Shown here piece after piece: positions 37,683 to 47,256 of a stretch of 47,297 nt of DNA. This DNA comes from an uncultured delta proteobacterium. Its GTDB lineage: Bacteria; Desulfobacterota; Binatia; UBA9968. Under the pieces are notes generated by a model. It was not told the origin of the DNA. It did not search any database and saw nothing but the letters and a program-made list of their open reading frames with translations. The stretch lies in the NCBI GenBank assembly GCA_963840855.1, contig CAWJBB010000020.1, positions 1-47,297 of the forward strand. The letters are read 5' to 3'. How positions within the stretch are numbered: the stretch's first letter is position 1; each line of letters begins with the position of its first letter. Both the position numbers and the translations under genes were made by a program.

Positions 37683-37708
37683 CGAGAGCGCCGCCCGCGG
37701 CGCTCTCG
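37683..37708 (+). terminator. GC hairpin downstream of the gene
   Basis: CGAGAGCGCCGC-CC-GCGGCGCTCTCG perfect inverted repeat; weak U-tract. Confidence 0.4.
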
Positions 37709-37712
37709 GCTT

Positions 37713-37790
37713 ATCTGGACCAAAACCCCTGACGAAATCCTCGAAACCATTGCCCGATTTTGTCAGCGAACTTCTGGGCCAGTACACTAG
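37713..37790 (+). mobile_element. IS630-family transposase 3' remnant with right end
   Basis: Translates IWTKTPDEILETIARFCQRTSGPVH*, resembling IS630 C-termini; ends ACACTAG. Confidence 0.65.
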
Positions 37791-37996
37791 CAGCTGCTAA
37801 AAAGACCCATATGCCGATTGCCTTGAGCTTTGTCGAAGGGTGCGCTCAATCGCCTCGCTCGAATTCGTGGTCGTGGTTCGTGGTCGTGCTCGTCCGGATT
37901 TCACGGTCACGTTTCACGGACACGTTCACGATGATCGCGCGCCTCGCCTCTGGATCTTTTTGAGCAGCCTGCAAAGAGGCTTTTCAGCAGCCGCTG
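37789..37996. mobile_element. MITE-like element
   Basis: Ends AGCAGCTGCTAAAAG / CTTTTCAGCAGCCGCT; internal TCGTGG/CACG repeats and a TGAGC..GTCGAAG motif. Confidence 0.5.
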
Positions 37997-38053
37997 GTGT
38001 AGCAAGGTGGGGGGAATGCTGGAGTATTGGACGACGGGAATCCAGGATAACGG

Positions 38054-39205
38054 ATGCCGATTGGTGACAACTCAGTTCCGGCGATGATGATGAATCAAAA
38101 TACATTTCGTCTCTTTCTGGCAATTCTGTTAGTTTCATTCGCGCTGCTTGCTCGCGGAGAGCTTTATGCGGCTCAAGCGCCGGTGAGTTGGAATACCGAT
38201 TGGGAGGCAACACAGAGGGCAGCCGAAAAAGAAGGGCGCTTGGTTATCTATGGGCCAACCGGCAGCGACCAGCAAAAGCTCTATACCGATGTATTTCACC
38301 AGGCTCATCCAAAGATCAAAGTAAACTACACGCCGGGCCGCATCAGCGAACTCATTTCGCGTATCATGGCGGAGCAGCGCGCCGGCATTCGCCAAACCGA
38401 TCTGGTTTTGGGCGGCACGGACATTTTGCTCGGCACGTTGAAAGACAAAGGCTTCCTCAATCCGATTCGTCCCCTCCTCATCCTACCCGAAGTTCTTGAC
38501 ACTAACGCCTGGTTCAAAGGCAAACTTTGGTTCGCCGATAGCGACGAGAAATATATTTCCATGTGGCGCGCCGTGCCGTATACCGCGGCGTGCATCAATA
38601 CAAACTTAGTCAAAGTCAACGAACTCAAAAGCTACTGGGATCTTTTGCAGCCGAAGTGGAAAGGAAAGATGGTCTCCCAGGATCTCACGATTGGCAGTGC
38701 GCGCAACCAAATGTACGCGTTGTATTCTCGCAAAGACCTAGGCCCGGATTATCTAAAACGGCTGTACGGCGAAATGGATATTACCATCTCGCGTAATCTA
38801 CCACAGATCGCCGACTGGGTAGCCGGCGGTAAATTTTCGATCGCTATCGGCGGCGTCGATTGCGACGACCTTGCGGCCAAGGGTTTGCCGGTGGTACCGA
38901 TCCATCTGGAAGGTTTGTCCGCCGTCGGCGCCGGCACCGACCCGGCAGCGCTGCTTGCTTCGGCACCCCATGTCAATGCTGCCAAGGTGTTTCTGAACTG
39001 GATTCTGTCGCGGGACGGACAAACGAATTTTCAAAAGCTCACGAGGGAAAATTCGTTCCGCGTTGATATACCCAAAGAAGGTATCGTCAATCCTTTCTAC
39101 ATACTCGACAACAAACGCGAGTATCTTTTTACTGGCCTGGAGGAGCATAAGGACAAGATCAACGAGCTCAGACCATGGCTCGAATCGCTGGTGGCGAAAA
39201 AATGA
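38054..39205 (+). CDS. ABC substrate-binding protein (Fe3+/thiamine/polyamine class); start may be 38084-38090
   Basis: AAEKEGRLVIY, SYWDLLQPKWKGK, APHVNAAKVFLNWILSRDGQ. Confidence 0.85.
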   Translation: MPIGDNSVPAMMMNQNTFRLFLAILLVSFALLARGELYAAQAPVSWNTDWEATQRAAEKEGRLVIYGPTGSDQQKLYTDVFHQAHPKIKVNYTPGRISELISRIMAEQRAGIRQTDLVLGGTDILLGTLKDKGFLNPIRPLLILPEVLDTNAWFKGKLWFADSDEKYISMWRAVPYTAACINTNLVKVNELKSYWDLLQPKWKGKMVSQDLTIGSARNQMYALYSRKDLGPDYLKRLYGEMDITISRNLPQIADWVAGGKFSIAIGGVDCDDLAAKGLPVVPIHLEGLSAVGAGTDPAALLASAPHVNAAKVFLNWILSRDGQTNFQKLTRENSFRVDIPKEGIVNPFYILDNKREYLFTGLEEHKDKINELRPWLESLVAKK

Positions 39206-39262
39206 TCGCTCCATCGCAGCGCATCGGCTAGACTAGAACGATGCACAATCGGGAGGCCATCA

Positions 39263-40306
39263 ATGAAGACGTTGGGAATTACCATCCTAGTTTCCGCTAC
39301 CCTGTTGGGTAACGCGTGGTGCCAGACTCCACCGCCCAGGACAGCCGCCGACCTGGCCAAGTACGCGGGCGCGGACCGTGAGCGTGTGCTGTATGAGGGC
39401 GCCAAAAAGGAAGGGAAGCTTATCTGGTACACGTCACTCAGCACGTACAAGGAAATGGCCAAGTCCTTCGAAGCTAAATATCCCGGCGTGACCGTGGAGT
39501 TTTATCGCGCCCCGGCGACGAATTTGGCGACTCGTATAGTGAGCGAGGCGCAGGCGCGACGCTACAATGTCGATGCCATCGAAACCACTCCCGGCGCGGT
39601 GATGCTGCTGCGCGACAACAAGCTGCTTTTGCCCTTTTCGTCGCCGCATCTCGCGGACTATCCCGAGGGTTCGAAAGAAAAGGCCCCGGGAGGATTATTC
39701 TTCAACGCCGTGGACCGCGAATCCTACGTCGGTGTCGGTTACAATAAGAACATCATCCGTGAAACCGAAGTGCCCAGGAGTTTCGACGATCTGTTGAAGC
39801 CGGCGCTGAAAGGCAAGATGGGAATCAGCGTGGAGGAAATCGGCACCCGCATGCTCGGCGCCATGCTGAAAGCAAGAGGCGAAGCGTTCGTCAGGAAATT
39901 GGCGGCGCAAGATATCAAGCACTATTCGATGCCCGCCCTGGGTTTGAATGAGTTGATCGTCTCCGGAGAAGTGCCGCTCACGTTTACCGCCGTGGACAGC
40001 AATATCAGGCTGGCCGCAATGCGCAAAGCCCCGGTTGCGTGGCTGCCGCTGGATTTAGTCCCGACCAATGCAGGGACATTGGCCACCTTCGTGAATACAC
40101 AACGCCCACACGCGGCATTGCTGTTCATTGATTTCATGATCGGACCGGAAGGCCAAAAAATACTGGTCGAAAAATTTGGCTACGGCAGCCCGCGAAAAGA
40201 CTATGGATACAAACGGTGGTACGCCGAGCAAGGTCTGACGACCTATGACTATGTGCAAACGATGGAGCGATGGAACAAGATGCTGCTCGAAATCACACGC
40301 AAATGA
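39263..40306 (+). CDS. ABC substrate-binding protein (Fe3+/thiamine/polyamine class)
   Basis: GAKKEGKLIWYTS, PRSFDDLLKP, PHAALLFIDF; GGAGG RBS. Confidence 0.87.
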   Translation: MKTLGITILVSATLLGNAWCQTPPPRTAADLAKYAGADRERVLYEGAKKEGKLIWYTSLSTYKEMAKSFEAKYPGVTVEFYRAPATNLATRIVSEAQARRYNVDAIETTPGAVMLLRDNKLLLPFSSPHLADYPEGSKEKAPGGLFFNAVDRESYVGVGYNKNIIRETEVPRSFDDLLKPALKGKMGISVEEIGTRMLGAMLKARGEAFVRKLAAQDIKHYSMPALGLNELIVSGEVPLTFTAVDSNIRLAAMRKAPVAWLPLDLVPTNAGTLATFVNTQRPHAALLFIDFMIGPEGQKILVEKFGYGSPRKDYGYKRWYAEQGLTTYDYVQTMERWNKMLLEITRK

Positions 40307-40335
40307 CGGGCGAGGCAACAGGCGAAGGCCTAGCT

Positions 40336-40440
40336 GGTTCCAAAGTTCAAGGTTCAACTGTCCTCCCGCCACGCGACGCGTGCGGGAAGGATTCGAAGGA
40401 GGGCGGATTGAACGGCTTGAACGATTGGAACTCTGGAACG
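40336..40440. repeat. mixed 7/9-nt TTGAAC-core repeat element
   Basis: GTTCCAAA GTTCAAG GTTCAAC ... GATTGAAC GGCTTGAAC GATTGGAAC TCTGGAAC. Confidence 0.7.
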
Positions 40441-40462
40441 GGAGCGAAGCGACCAATATCGA

Positions 40463-41440
40463 CTATGCGCCTACTGCGAGCGCCGTGATGCTGGGCAGCC
40501 GGCTGATGATGGTGCGCGACCCGGCTGAATCGACGCCGAGCACGTCGCCTTCCGACGTCGAAGCGAAAATGCCGTCGCCGCCGCTATTCGGGCACATGGC
40601 CATGATACCGCCGCGCAGTCCTTCAACGGCGATGTCCCAGTTCAAGCCGCCATTTTTGCTTACGTAGAGCGCCGCGTTTGCACGGTCTTTGCGCAACCAG
40701 GTGTTGGGCCGGCCAAGCGCTATGCCGAGATAAAGCGTCCCGCTGCTATCTTCCATCACGGACGAGCCGAAGGTGCGCGGCCCCACCGGCGTGACTTTTT
40801 CCCATCGTTCGCCGCGGTCCTCGCTGCGATAGATGCCTTCACCGCAGGCAGCCAACACGAGCCCTTTATTTTTCGCGCTCGGAAGGATCTGGTGCACGTC
40901 CGGATCATCCAACCCGGCAGTAACCTGAGACCAGCGTTCTCCTCCGTCATCGCTCACCAACATGCCGCCAACTTCGATGGCGGCGAAAAGTCGGCGTGGA
41001 GAGGCATTATCCGCGGCGAGAAAGCGCACGCGGGCGCTGAGTTCCGGGCTGGGCGGGAAGCTGCCTCCGGTGGCGCCGAGGCGCACTCCCTCCAGCTCGC
41101 GCCATGCGCTGCCATTGCTGGCGCTATAAAGCGCGGCCGGCCAGGTGCCGGCGAGTATCGTTCCGGGCAGCGCGAGCAGTGCGTTCGTCGTCAAGCGCGG
41201 GACATTGGGTGTGGCGCGCTTCCATACGGCGCCGCCATCGTCGGTGACAAACAGGCCGGAATGTTCCGTCGCGATATAAACATGGCGCGGATCAGCCGGA
41301 TCGACTTGAAGCGAGGTCATCTTCCAAAAAGTAAGCGCCCGTTCGGTCTCCGTCCACTGTCCGTCAATTTGTTCGAAGCGGTACCAGCCTGAGTAGGTCG
41401 CTATGTGCAGCGCGACCGCATTCCCGTCCGTACGAGTCAT
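40463..41440 (-). CDS. BNR/Asp-box repeat beta-propeller protein
   Basis: Repeated S/T-x-D-G-G-x-x-W boxes (TDDGGAVW, SDDGGERW, SEDRGERW, SKNGGLNW). Confidence 0.82.
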   Translation of the reverse strand: MTRTDGNAVALHIATYSGWYRFEQIDGQWTETERALTFWKMTSLQVDPADPRHVYIATEHSGLFVTDDGGAVWKRATPNVPRLTTNALLALPGTILAGTWPAALYSASNGSAWRELEGVRLGATGGSFPPSPELSARVRFLAADNASPRRLFAAIEVGGMLVSDDGGERWSQVTAGLDDPDVHQILPSAKNKGLVLAACGEGIYRSEDRGERWEKVTPVGPRTFGSSVMEDSSGTLYLGIALGRPNTWLRKDRANAALYVSKNGGLNWDIAVEGLRGGIMAMCPNSGGDGIFASTSEGDVLGVDSAGSRTIISRLPSITALAVGA

Positions 41441-41688
41441 GATACCCTCCTTCGAGCAGCAAAGATTTTTTTTCTTTTCCGACGAACCGCTGAGTCGAAC
41501 CGAAGATAGTCCACGCCCCGATTGGCGTCAAGTTTTGCTTGCCCCCGACCTCTTTCTATCTCTATCGCTTATTCTCGTCCCTTGACGTCACAGCGCGCTT
41601 TCGATTAGCTTTGGGCAGATCAACTGCTCGCGCCGTTGTTTCATCGGTGCAAAATCTCGGCCGCTACGAAGCGCAATCGGAGGGAACG

Positions 41689-42744
41689 ATGAGAACTATA
41701 ACCGTCTCACTACGGTGGGCAGCGTACGGGGTTTTGTATTGTCTCACTCCCAGTTTGGCTGTCGCTCAAACTTCTTTTTTTCACGGCAAGACCATTATCA
41801 TCGTTCAAGGCCGCGAGCCCGGCGGCACGGGAGATATGCGGGTAAGAGCCATGATCCCTTTTTTGCAGAAATATACTCCCGGAAACCCCAGCTTCGTCAG
41901 CGAATATATGCCGGGAGGAGGAGGCCGAAAGGCGGCAAATCATGTTTACAGATCGGCTCGTCCCGACGGACTTACTATCGGTAACCCCGGGGTCGGAATG
42001 GTTTCGGCAGCGGTCTTGGGAGAATCGGGAGTTCTCTACGATCTCGACAAGTTTTTTTATCTGGGCTCTCCGTATAGCAGCTATCATCCGATTTTTCTCT
42101 CGAGGAAGCAGGCCGGATTTAACACCGTCGAAAAACTCCGGGCCGCCACCGGCGTCAGGATCGGCGGGCAATCGGTGGGCTTTTCTACTTACAACGAAGG
42201 ACGCCTGTTCGCCTACATTCTCGGTCTTAAGGACCCAAAATTCGTTACCGGTTATTCAGGCCCTGAGATCGATCCGGCGTTGATGCGCGGCGAGGTGGAC
42301 GCGCGCGCGACGGCGGCTGACACGGTCGCCCAGCGCAACAAAGACTGGCTGGAAAAAGGGCTGGTGGACTTTCACGCAATCCTGGAGATTCCCAAAGGGG
42401 ATAAGCACCCTGATTTTGGCCATGTCCCCGAGCTTGAAACTTTTGCCAAGTCCGATCGCGCTCGCAAGGTGATTATTTTGGGACGCGCTTTCAGAGTTGC
42501 CGGCGGTCCCTCGGTGCTTCCGCCCGGAACGCCCAAGGATCGAGTAAATATTCTCCAGGAGGCCTTCCGCAAAACCTATAAAGACGCGGAATTTTTCCGC
42601 GAATACAAAAAGCTCGTGGGCGAAGAACCGACGCCGCTTCTACCGGAAGCGCATGAGCAGGCGATCAAGGATATTCCGCGCGAGCCTGAAGTGATCGAGC
42701 TTTTCAAAAAGCTCGCCGGCGCCGGCCCGCTGCCGCCGCACTGA
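41689..42744 (+). CDS. Bug/TctC-like substrate-binding protein
   Basis: FFHGKTIIIVQG, YMPGGGG, PDGLTIG, GYSG...GEVD, PPGTPKDR; GGAGG RBS. Confidence 0.87.
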   Translation: MRTITVSLRWAAYGVLYCLTPSLAVAQTSFFHGKTIIIVQGREPGGTGDMRVRAMIPFLQKYTPGNPSFVSEYMPGGGGRKAANHVYRSARPDGLTIGNPGVGMVSAAVLGESGVLYDLDKFFYLGSPYSSYHPIFLSRKQAGFNTVEKLRAATGVRIGGQSVGFSTYNEGRLFAYILGLKDPKFVTGYSGPEIDPALMRGEVDARATAADTVAQRNKDWLEKGLVDFHAILEIPKGDKHPDFGHVPELETFAKSDRARKVIILGRAFRVAGGPSVLPPGTPKDRVNILQEAFRKTYKDAEFFREYKKLVGEEPTPLLPEAHEQAIKDIPREPEVIELFKKLAGAGPLPPH

Positions 42745-42807
42745 TCAGAGAGATTTTTCGGTCACACAGCCCTTAAAGAAATTCTTGGGCGGATACACTG
42801 CGTTGGT

Positions 42808-42935
42808 GATTTGGCTGAAAAACTATCCGTTCATCCTTCGAGAACCTGGACGAACGGAAAAACGGTTGAAGTCATTGGAGATATTCCGTTCACGCTGAGC
42901 TTAGTCGAAGCATTCTTAGGTTTTTCAGCAGAATC
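42808..42935. mobile_element. MITE-like element carrying REP-like hairpins
   Basis: Ends GATTTGGCTGAAAAAC / GTTTTTCAGCAGAATC; internal CCGTTC...GAACGG and CCGTTCACGCTGAGC..GTCGAAGC. Confidence 0.55.
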
Positions 42936-42946
42936 GTGAATGATAG

Positions 42947-43309
42947 CTATGCTTTTCTGTCCTGCGACTCAGTGATGATAGTCTCGCCGCGCTCTACGGC
43001 CTCAATCAGGTCGTCGACACTTGCTTTGCCGAGTTTGAATTTGAGGATAGCAATGTCGAGCAGGCGCCAGGCTCCGATGAACCTCAGATATCTCCGCTCG
43101 GGATGAACAAATCCAAGTACCGCCGTACATACGCCCGATGTAGCGGCAAAATAGCGTGCAGACTCACCGCCGAGCGCCGCAGCAATTGCGGCGGCGGCGA
43201 CCCCGAGAATCCCAACGACGTACTGAATCTTCGCCAGCCTCATCGCGATACGCGACCAAGACGCATGACGCAGTGAAATGAGTTCGGGAACTTCAATTTG
43301 GTCTGTCAT
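42947..43309 (-). CDS. small two-TM protein, SLATT/DUF4231-like
   Basis: W-containing helix, two hydrophobic segments, AWRLL helix; GGAGA RBS; 120 aa. Confidence 0.55.
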   Translation of the reverse strand: MTDQIEVPELISLRHASWSRIAMRLAKIQYVVGILGVAAAAIAAALGGESARYFAATSGVCTAVLGFVHPERRYLRFIGAWRLLDIAILKFKLGKASVDDLIEAVERGETIITESQDRKA

Positions 43310-43331
43310 GCTTTCTCCCTGGGAAATCGGA

Positions 43332-44342
43332 TTATTTCTTAGAGAGACTCGCAACAAACCCGCCGTCTTCCAGTTCCTTGACGAAACGGGCGTCCACGAG
43401 CTCCTTCGCGTTTAGTGACACCGCCTTGGGATTGCTCGACGCCATTTCCTGCAAGACGACCTGGTAGCCCTCAACCGGCGGGTAAGGGTACTCGGGCATA
43501 TTTTGGGTGAACCAGGACCAGGTGTGCTCCAGCACGTTCCGGTCCTCCACCCGCGAATACTTGCGCATGATCTGCATGGTTTCTTCTTTGCGGGTTTTGA
43601 AATAGTGGATCGCTTCCACGTAGGCCCGCGTATAGCGCCGCACTGTGTCCGGCTGCTCTTTAATGTACTTGCCCGTGGTATAGATGCCGCGTTGGGGAAA
43701 GGGAATCTTCAGCGAGATCAGATCGAGTAAGACCGGGAAGCCCAACTTATCGACGATGGGTTTCTCCGCCTCGGTGAGCACGGTAAATTGCACGATCCCT
43801 TTTTGCATCGCGGCGATGCGATCGTAAAGCACGCCGATGGAGCGCAGGCTAACGTCCTTGGCCGGATCGAGACCGAGCTTTCGCAGGCTCACGCGCAGGG
43901 CGAAATCCGCGATGGTGCCAGGACTCTGGTTTGCGCCAATTTTTCCCTTCAGCTCTTCGGCCCGCTTGATGCTCGGCAGCGTGACAAAATAGTAAGTGAG
44001 GATGTTGACGCTCCCCGCCAGTGCGACAACGTCGCCGCCGGCGAGACGGGCGCTGGCAACCGCAGGGCCTGCGCTTTCGGCGATGGCGCTTTCTCCCGCC
44101 AAGATCGCCTGCAGCGTGCGCACGCTGCTTGGAATCAGCACGGGGGCGACGTCGAGGCCATGCTTATCGAAGAGGCGCGCCTCTTTGGCCACCCAGATCA
44201 CCGCCGAGGCCCCAGGCGCGGGCGAAAAATAAGCGGTGTGGATTCGCTCCGCAGCCAACGAGTGCGTTGAGAGCGAAAGGAGTAGGAGGGCAGAAAGAAG
44301 GACTCTCGACCACCTTCTCCAGCGCGTGCGCTCTTTCTCCAT
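43332..44342 (-). CDS. NMT1/THI5/SsuA-like ABC substrate-binding protein
   Basis: WVAKEARLFDKHGLDV, ELKGKIG, GLDPAKDV, RAYVEAIHY. Confidence 0.87.
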   Translation of the reverse strand: MEKERTRWRRWSRVLLSALLLLSLSTHSLAAERIHTAYFSPAPGASAVIWVAKEARLFDKHGLDVAPVLIPSSVRTLQAILAGESAIAESAGPAVASARLAGGDVVALAGSVNILTYYFVTLPSIKRAEELKGKIGANQSPGTIADFALRVSLRKLGLDPAKDVSLRSIGVLYDRIAAMQKGIVQFTVLTEAEKPIVDKLGFPVLLDLISLKIPFPQRGIYTTGKYIKEQPDTVRRYTRAYVEAIHYFKTRKEETMQIMRKYSRVEDRNVLEHTWSWFTQNMPEYPYPPVEGYQVVLQEMASSNPKAVSLNAKELVDARFVKELEDGGFVASLSKK

Positions 44343-44506
44343 AGGCCCTCCTCGTGTCAGAAATCACACGATCGCAAACCCGATAAAGTCGCCGCTCATT
44401 GTACTCTGGCCAATCGGCGCGTCAACCAAAACCTCGGATGCCGTTCTTCCTTGCAGCGTTTAAATCCCTGGGATACGTTTTATGAGTGAGATTTTTGTGA
44501 GGTCTT

Positions 44507-45463
44507 ATGGTCATCGATTTCGAGCATCATTACATTCCGATGGAACTAGCGCGCCGGTTGGGGATGAAAACCGACAGTAAAGTGCCGGTCAGACAGGGAG
44601 GCGTGTCGGTGCACGCGCAGCTGTTCGATATGCAAGCGCAGCTCGAAGAGATGGATCGCGCGGGCGTCGACATGGCGGTGCTGAGTTGCATCTTGGGTTG
44701 GGAAACGACTTTGGAAAATTGCCGGTTGATCAACGATGTCACGGCGCAGTTGCAGAAGGACTATCCCGGGCGCTTCCTCGGTCTGGCGCATCTGCCGCCG
44801 CTGGAAGGGGAGGCGGCTCTTTCTGAGTTGGAGCGCGCGGTCGGCGAGTTGGGGCTAAAAGGCGCGACGATCTCTTCGCAGGTCAACGGCCGCTCGCTGG
44901 ATGCCGAAGAGTTTCGACCCTTCTTCCAACGAGTCGCTAAGCTCGGTGCGACCGTGTTTGTTCATCCAGCGCTGGCGCCGAAGGGTTACGATCTGCTCAA
45001 GGATTACATGCTCCCGGTTATTCTCACGCGGGAGTTCGATCTAGGTGTCGCCGTGACGCGACTTATCGCCGGTGGCGTTCTCGACCGTTACCCGCAACTA
45101 AAGCTTGTCTTCGCGCACTTCGGCGGCGGCATGGCGGGCTACAAAGAACGGATCGCGCGCTCGTCGTACCGGTTCAAATTGCCGAAGTTATTCGAAGAGT
45201 ATTTCGATCTGCTTTATTTCGATATGGCGGGATTCGAGGGTAGCCCCATCGCGCTGCGCTGTGCGCTGGAAGGGATCAAACCCGAGCGCATGGTGTTCGC
45301 CACGGACTATCCCCAAAACTTTAACAACACCGACCCCAAGATGGGCAAAAACGCGGACGGCATCGGCGAATATATCGAGACAATTCGAAAGCTGCCGCTG
45401 GATGCGAAAATCATCGACGGCATGCTCGCCGGCACGGCGGCGCGCTTGTTAAATCTAATTTGA
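44507..45463 (+). CDS. amidohydrolase_2 family (ACMSD/decarboxylase-like)
   Basis: IDFEHH, FVHP, AHFGGG, YFD, FATDYP. Confidence 0.87.
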   Translation: MVIDFEHHYIPMELARRLGMKTDSKVPVRQGGVSVHAQLFDMQAQLEEMDRAGVDMAVLSCILGWETTLENCRLINDVTAQLQKDYPGRFLGLAHLPPLEGEAALSELERAVGELGLKGATISSQVNGRSLDAEEFRPFFQRVAKLGATVFVHPALAPKGYDLLKDYMLPVILTREFDLGVAVTRLIAGGVLDRYPQLKLVFAHFGGGMAGYKERIARSSYRFKLPKLFEEYFDLLYFDMAGFEGSPIALRCALEGIKPERMVFATDYPQNFNNTDPKMGKNADGIGEYIETIRKLPLDAKIIDGMLAGTAARLLNLI

Positions 45464-45467
45464 AAGC

Positions 45468-45494
45468 GTAGGGGCGGTCGCGGCCGTCCCCTAC
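45468..45494. repeat. GTAG-type REP palindrome
   Basis: GTAGGGGCGGTCGCGGCCGTCCCCTAC. Confidence 0.6.
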
Positions 45495-45518
45495 AAGTTT
45501 TGTATCGGGAGGTTTGCA

Positions 45519-46109
45519 ATGCTGAGAATCAATGGTGCCACCAAGGAAAACGCGACGGAGGAGGTACGGAACCTCTTCGAAGAACAGGAGAAGCAGTACG
45601 GCGCGATACTGAATACCGCAAAGGTTTACGGGCTCAGACCGACAATTCAAAAAGGCGTGCAGGCTTTGCAGCAAGGGATAGTGGCCTCCGGCCTGATTCC
45701 GGCCGATCTGCGGCATCTGCTCTGCATGAAGGCGGCGAGCATCAACGGCTGTCCATATTGAATCGACATCAACGCGTCCAGTGGGATGCGAAATGGAGCA
45801 TCGGCGGAGAAGGTGGAAGCAGCGTTGGGGGATTACCGAAAAAGCGCGCTGTTGTCGGCTAAGGAAAAACTCGCGCTGGAGCTTTGCGAGCGCATGACGT
45901 ACACGAGCAAGCGCGTCACGGACCGTTTTTTCAATCGCTTGAAGCGGCACTATGGCGAGGAAGAGTTGGTGGAGTTGGCAGCGATCATTGCCTTGGAAAA
46001 TTTCCGCAGCAAGTTCAATCCGGTCTTCGCCGTCGAATCCCAGGGGTTTTGCCCATTGCCGGCGGTCGGGAGAGTCGCCGCCGCCGCTGCAAGCCGTTTC
46101 CATGAATGA
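45519..46109 (+). CDS. AhpD/carboxymuconolactone decarboxylase-family selenoprotein (UGA = Sec at 45759-45761)
   Basis: ORFs 45519-45761 and 45786-46109 are in one frame separated only by TGA in SINGCPY*IDIN (CxxU); GGAGG RBS. Confidence 0.8.
45773..45790 (+). promoter_or_regulatory. bacterial SECIS-like hairpin
   Basis: CGCGUCC-AGUG-GGAUGCG stem-loop starting 11 nt after the UGA. Confidence 0.6.
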
Positions 46110-47142
46110 GGCAGAGAATATGTCGAAAGAGCGACCGAGCGAATCTTGCGCCACGAAAAAATATGTTTTTAGACAATTGACGGCGACGGTAATTGTCGTC
46201 GCCGTGGTCGGCCTTTTGAGTCCATCAAGTTGGTCGGCGTCGGCTCCAACCAAGGTTACGATTCACGTGCCGTCGAAAAGTCTTTCAATCATGCCGTATT
46301 ACTTCGGCAAGGACAAAGGATTCTTTGGCTCGGAGCAGATCGAACCGCAGCTGGTTATGATGTCGCCACCTACGGCCATCGCGGCGCTGGTGGGCGGCGA
46401 ATTGGATTTCTCGACGACCACCGGAGCGGCGACCTCCGCCATGATGCGCGGCTTGCCGCTCAAACGGTTTTTCTACGTCCAGGCGGAACCATCCCACGCG
46501 CTCATCGCGCAGCCGGAAATCAAATCGATACAGGAACTCGCGGGCAAGGTCATTGGCGTAACCTCTCTGACGGATGCGGTGGGGATGTCGACGACGATGA
46601 TTCTCAGGGGTAACAACATTGATTTGTCGCGCACCACGCTGCTCGCGATGGGCGTGACGGATAACACGCTCAAGGCGTTTACGAGCCGCAAGATTGCCGC
46701 GACACTATTGGCGCCGCCATATTCCGAGGAGCTGGAGGCAAAAGGCTACAACAAACTCGCCGAGGCGAGAACCTACGCACCGTTAAGCTTTATCGGTCTG
46801 GTAGTTTCGCTCGAGACCGTCAAGAAAAATCCACATAAGGCGCAAGGAGTGGTCGCGGCGCTTTACCGTACCATGCTCTACATGCACAGCCCGGCAAACC
46901 GCAACGAAGTGATTCAATACATCGCCCGCTATCACAACATCGATTTACCGCTGGCCGAAAAAGCGTTCAGCGCCCAGATGCTCTCCTATAGCAAGGACGG
47001 CACCAAGCCGCGCAAACTAGTAGAACGGGAGATCGAGATCTACCGTGAGACCTTGAAAATCGCCAAGCAGTTTACGCCGGATGATCTGGAGGATATGAGC
47101 TTGCTCAGAAAGGTGCAGGAAAGCGGAACCCAAGCGCGGTAA
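46102..47142 (+). CDS. NMT1/THI5-like ABC substrate-binding protein (start 46102 or 46120)
   Basis: KGFF, ALVGGELDF, ELAGKVIGV, signal-like hydrophobic segment. Confidence 0.83.
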   Translation: MNEAENMSKERPSESCATKKYVFRQLTATVIVVAVVGLLSPSSWSASAPTKVTIHVPSKSLSIMPYYFGKDKGFFGSEQIEPQLVMMSPPTAIAALVGGELDFSTTTGAATSAMMRGLPLKRFFYVQAEPSHALIAQPEIKSIQELAGKVIGVTSLTDAVGMSTTMILRGNNIDLSRTTLLAMGVTDNTLKAFTSRKIAATLLAPPYSEELEAKGYNKLAEARTYAPLSFIGLVVSLETVKKNPHKAQGVVAALYRTMLYMHSPANRNEVIQYIARYHNIDLPLAEKAFSAQMLSYSKDGTKPRKLVEREIEIYRETLKIAKQFTPDDLEDMSLLRKVQESGTQAR

Positions 47143-47170
47143 AGGTCATACGATATCAAGCGGCGGTGGA

Positions 47171-47199
47171 TTGACGGCGTTCTTTCAAGTGTATAAGGT
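47171..47199 (+). promoter_or_regulatory. candidate sigma70 promoter
   Basis: TTGACG-N17-TAAGGT. Confidence 0.4.
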
Positions 47200-47256
47200 C
47201 CGCCGGAGTTTGCTGACAATGTGAAAACCTGCCGTGAAAAATTTTTAGGAGGGTCC

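Noticed and set aside
45519-45761. Two separate small genes or a nonsense pseudogene
   Set aside because: Same frame, the TGA falls at the redox Cys position, and a SECIS-like hairpin follows
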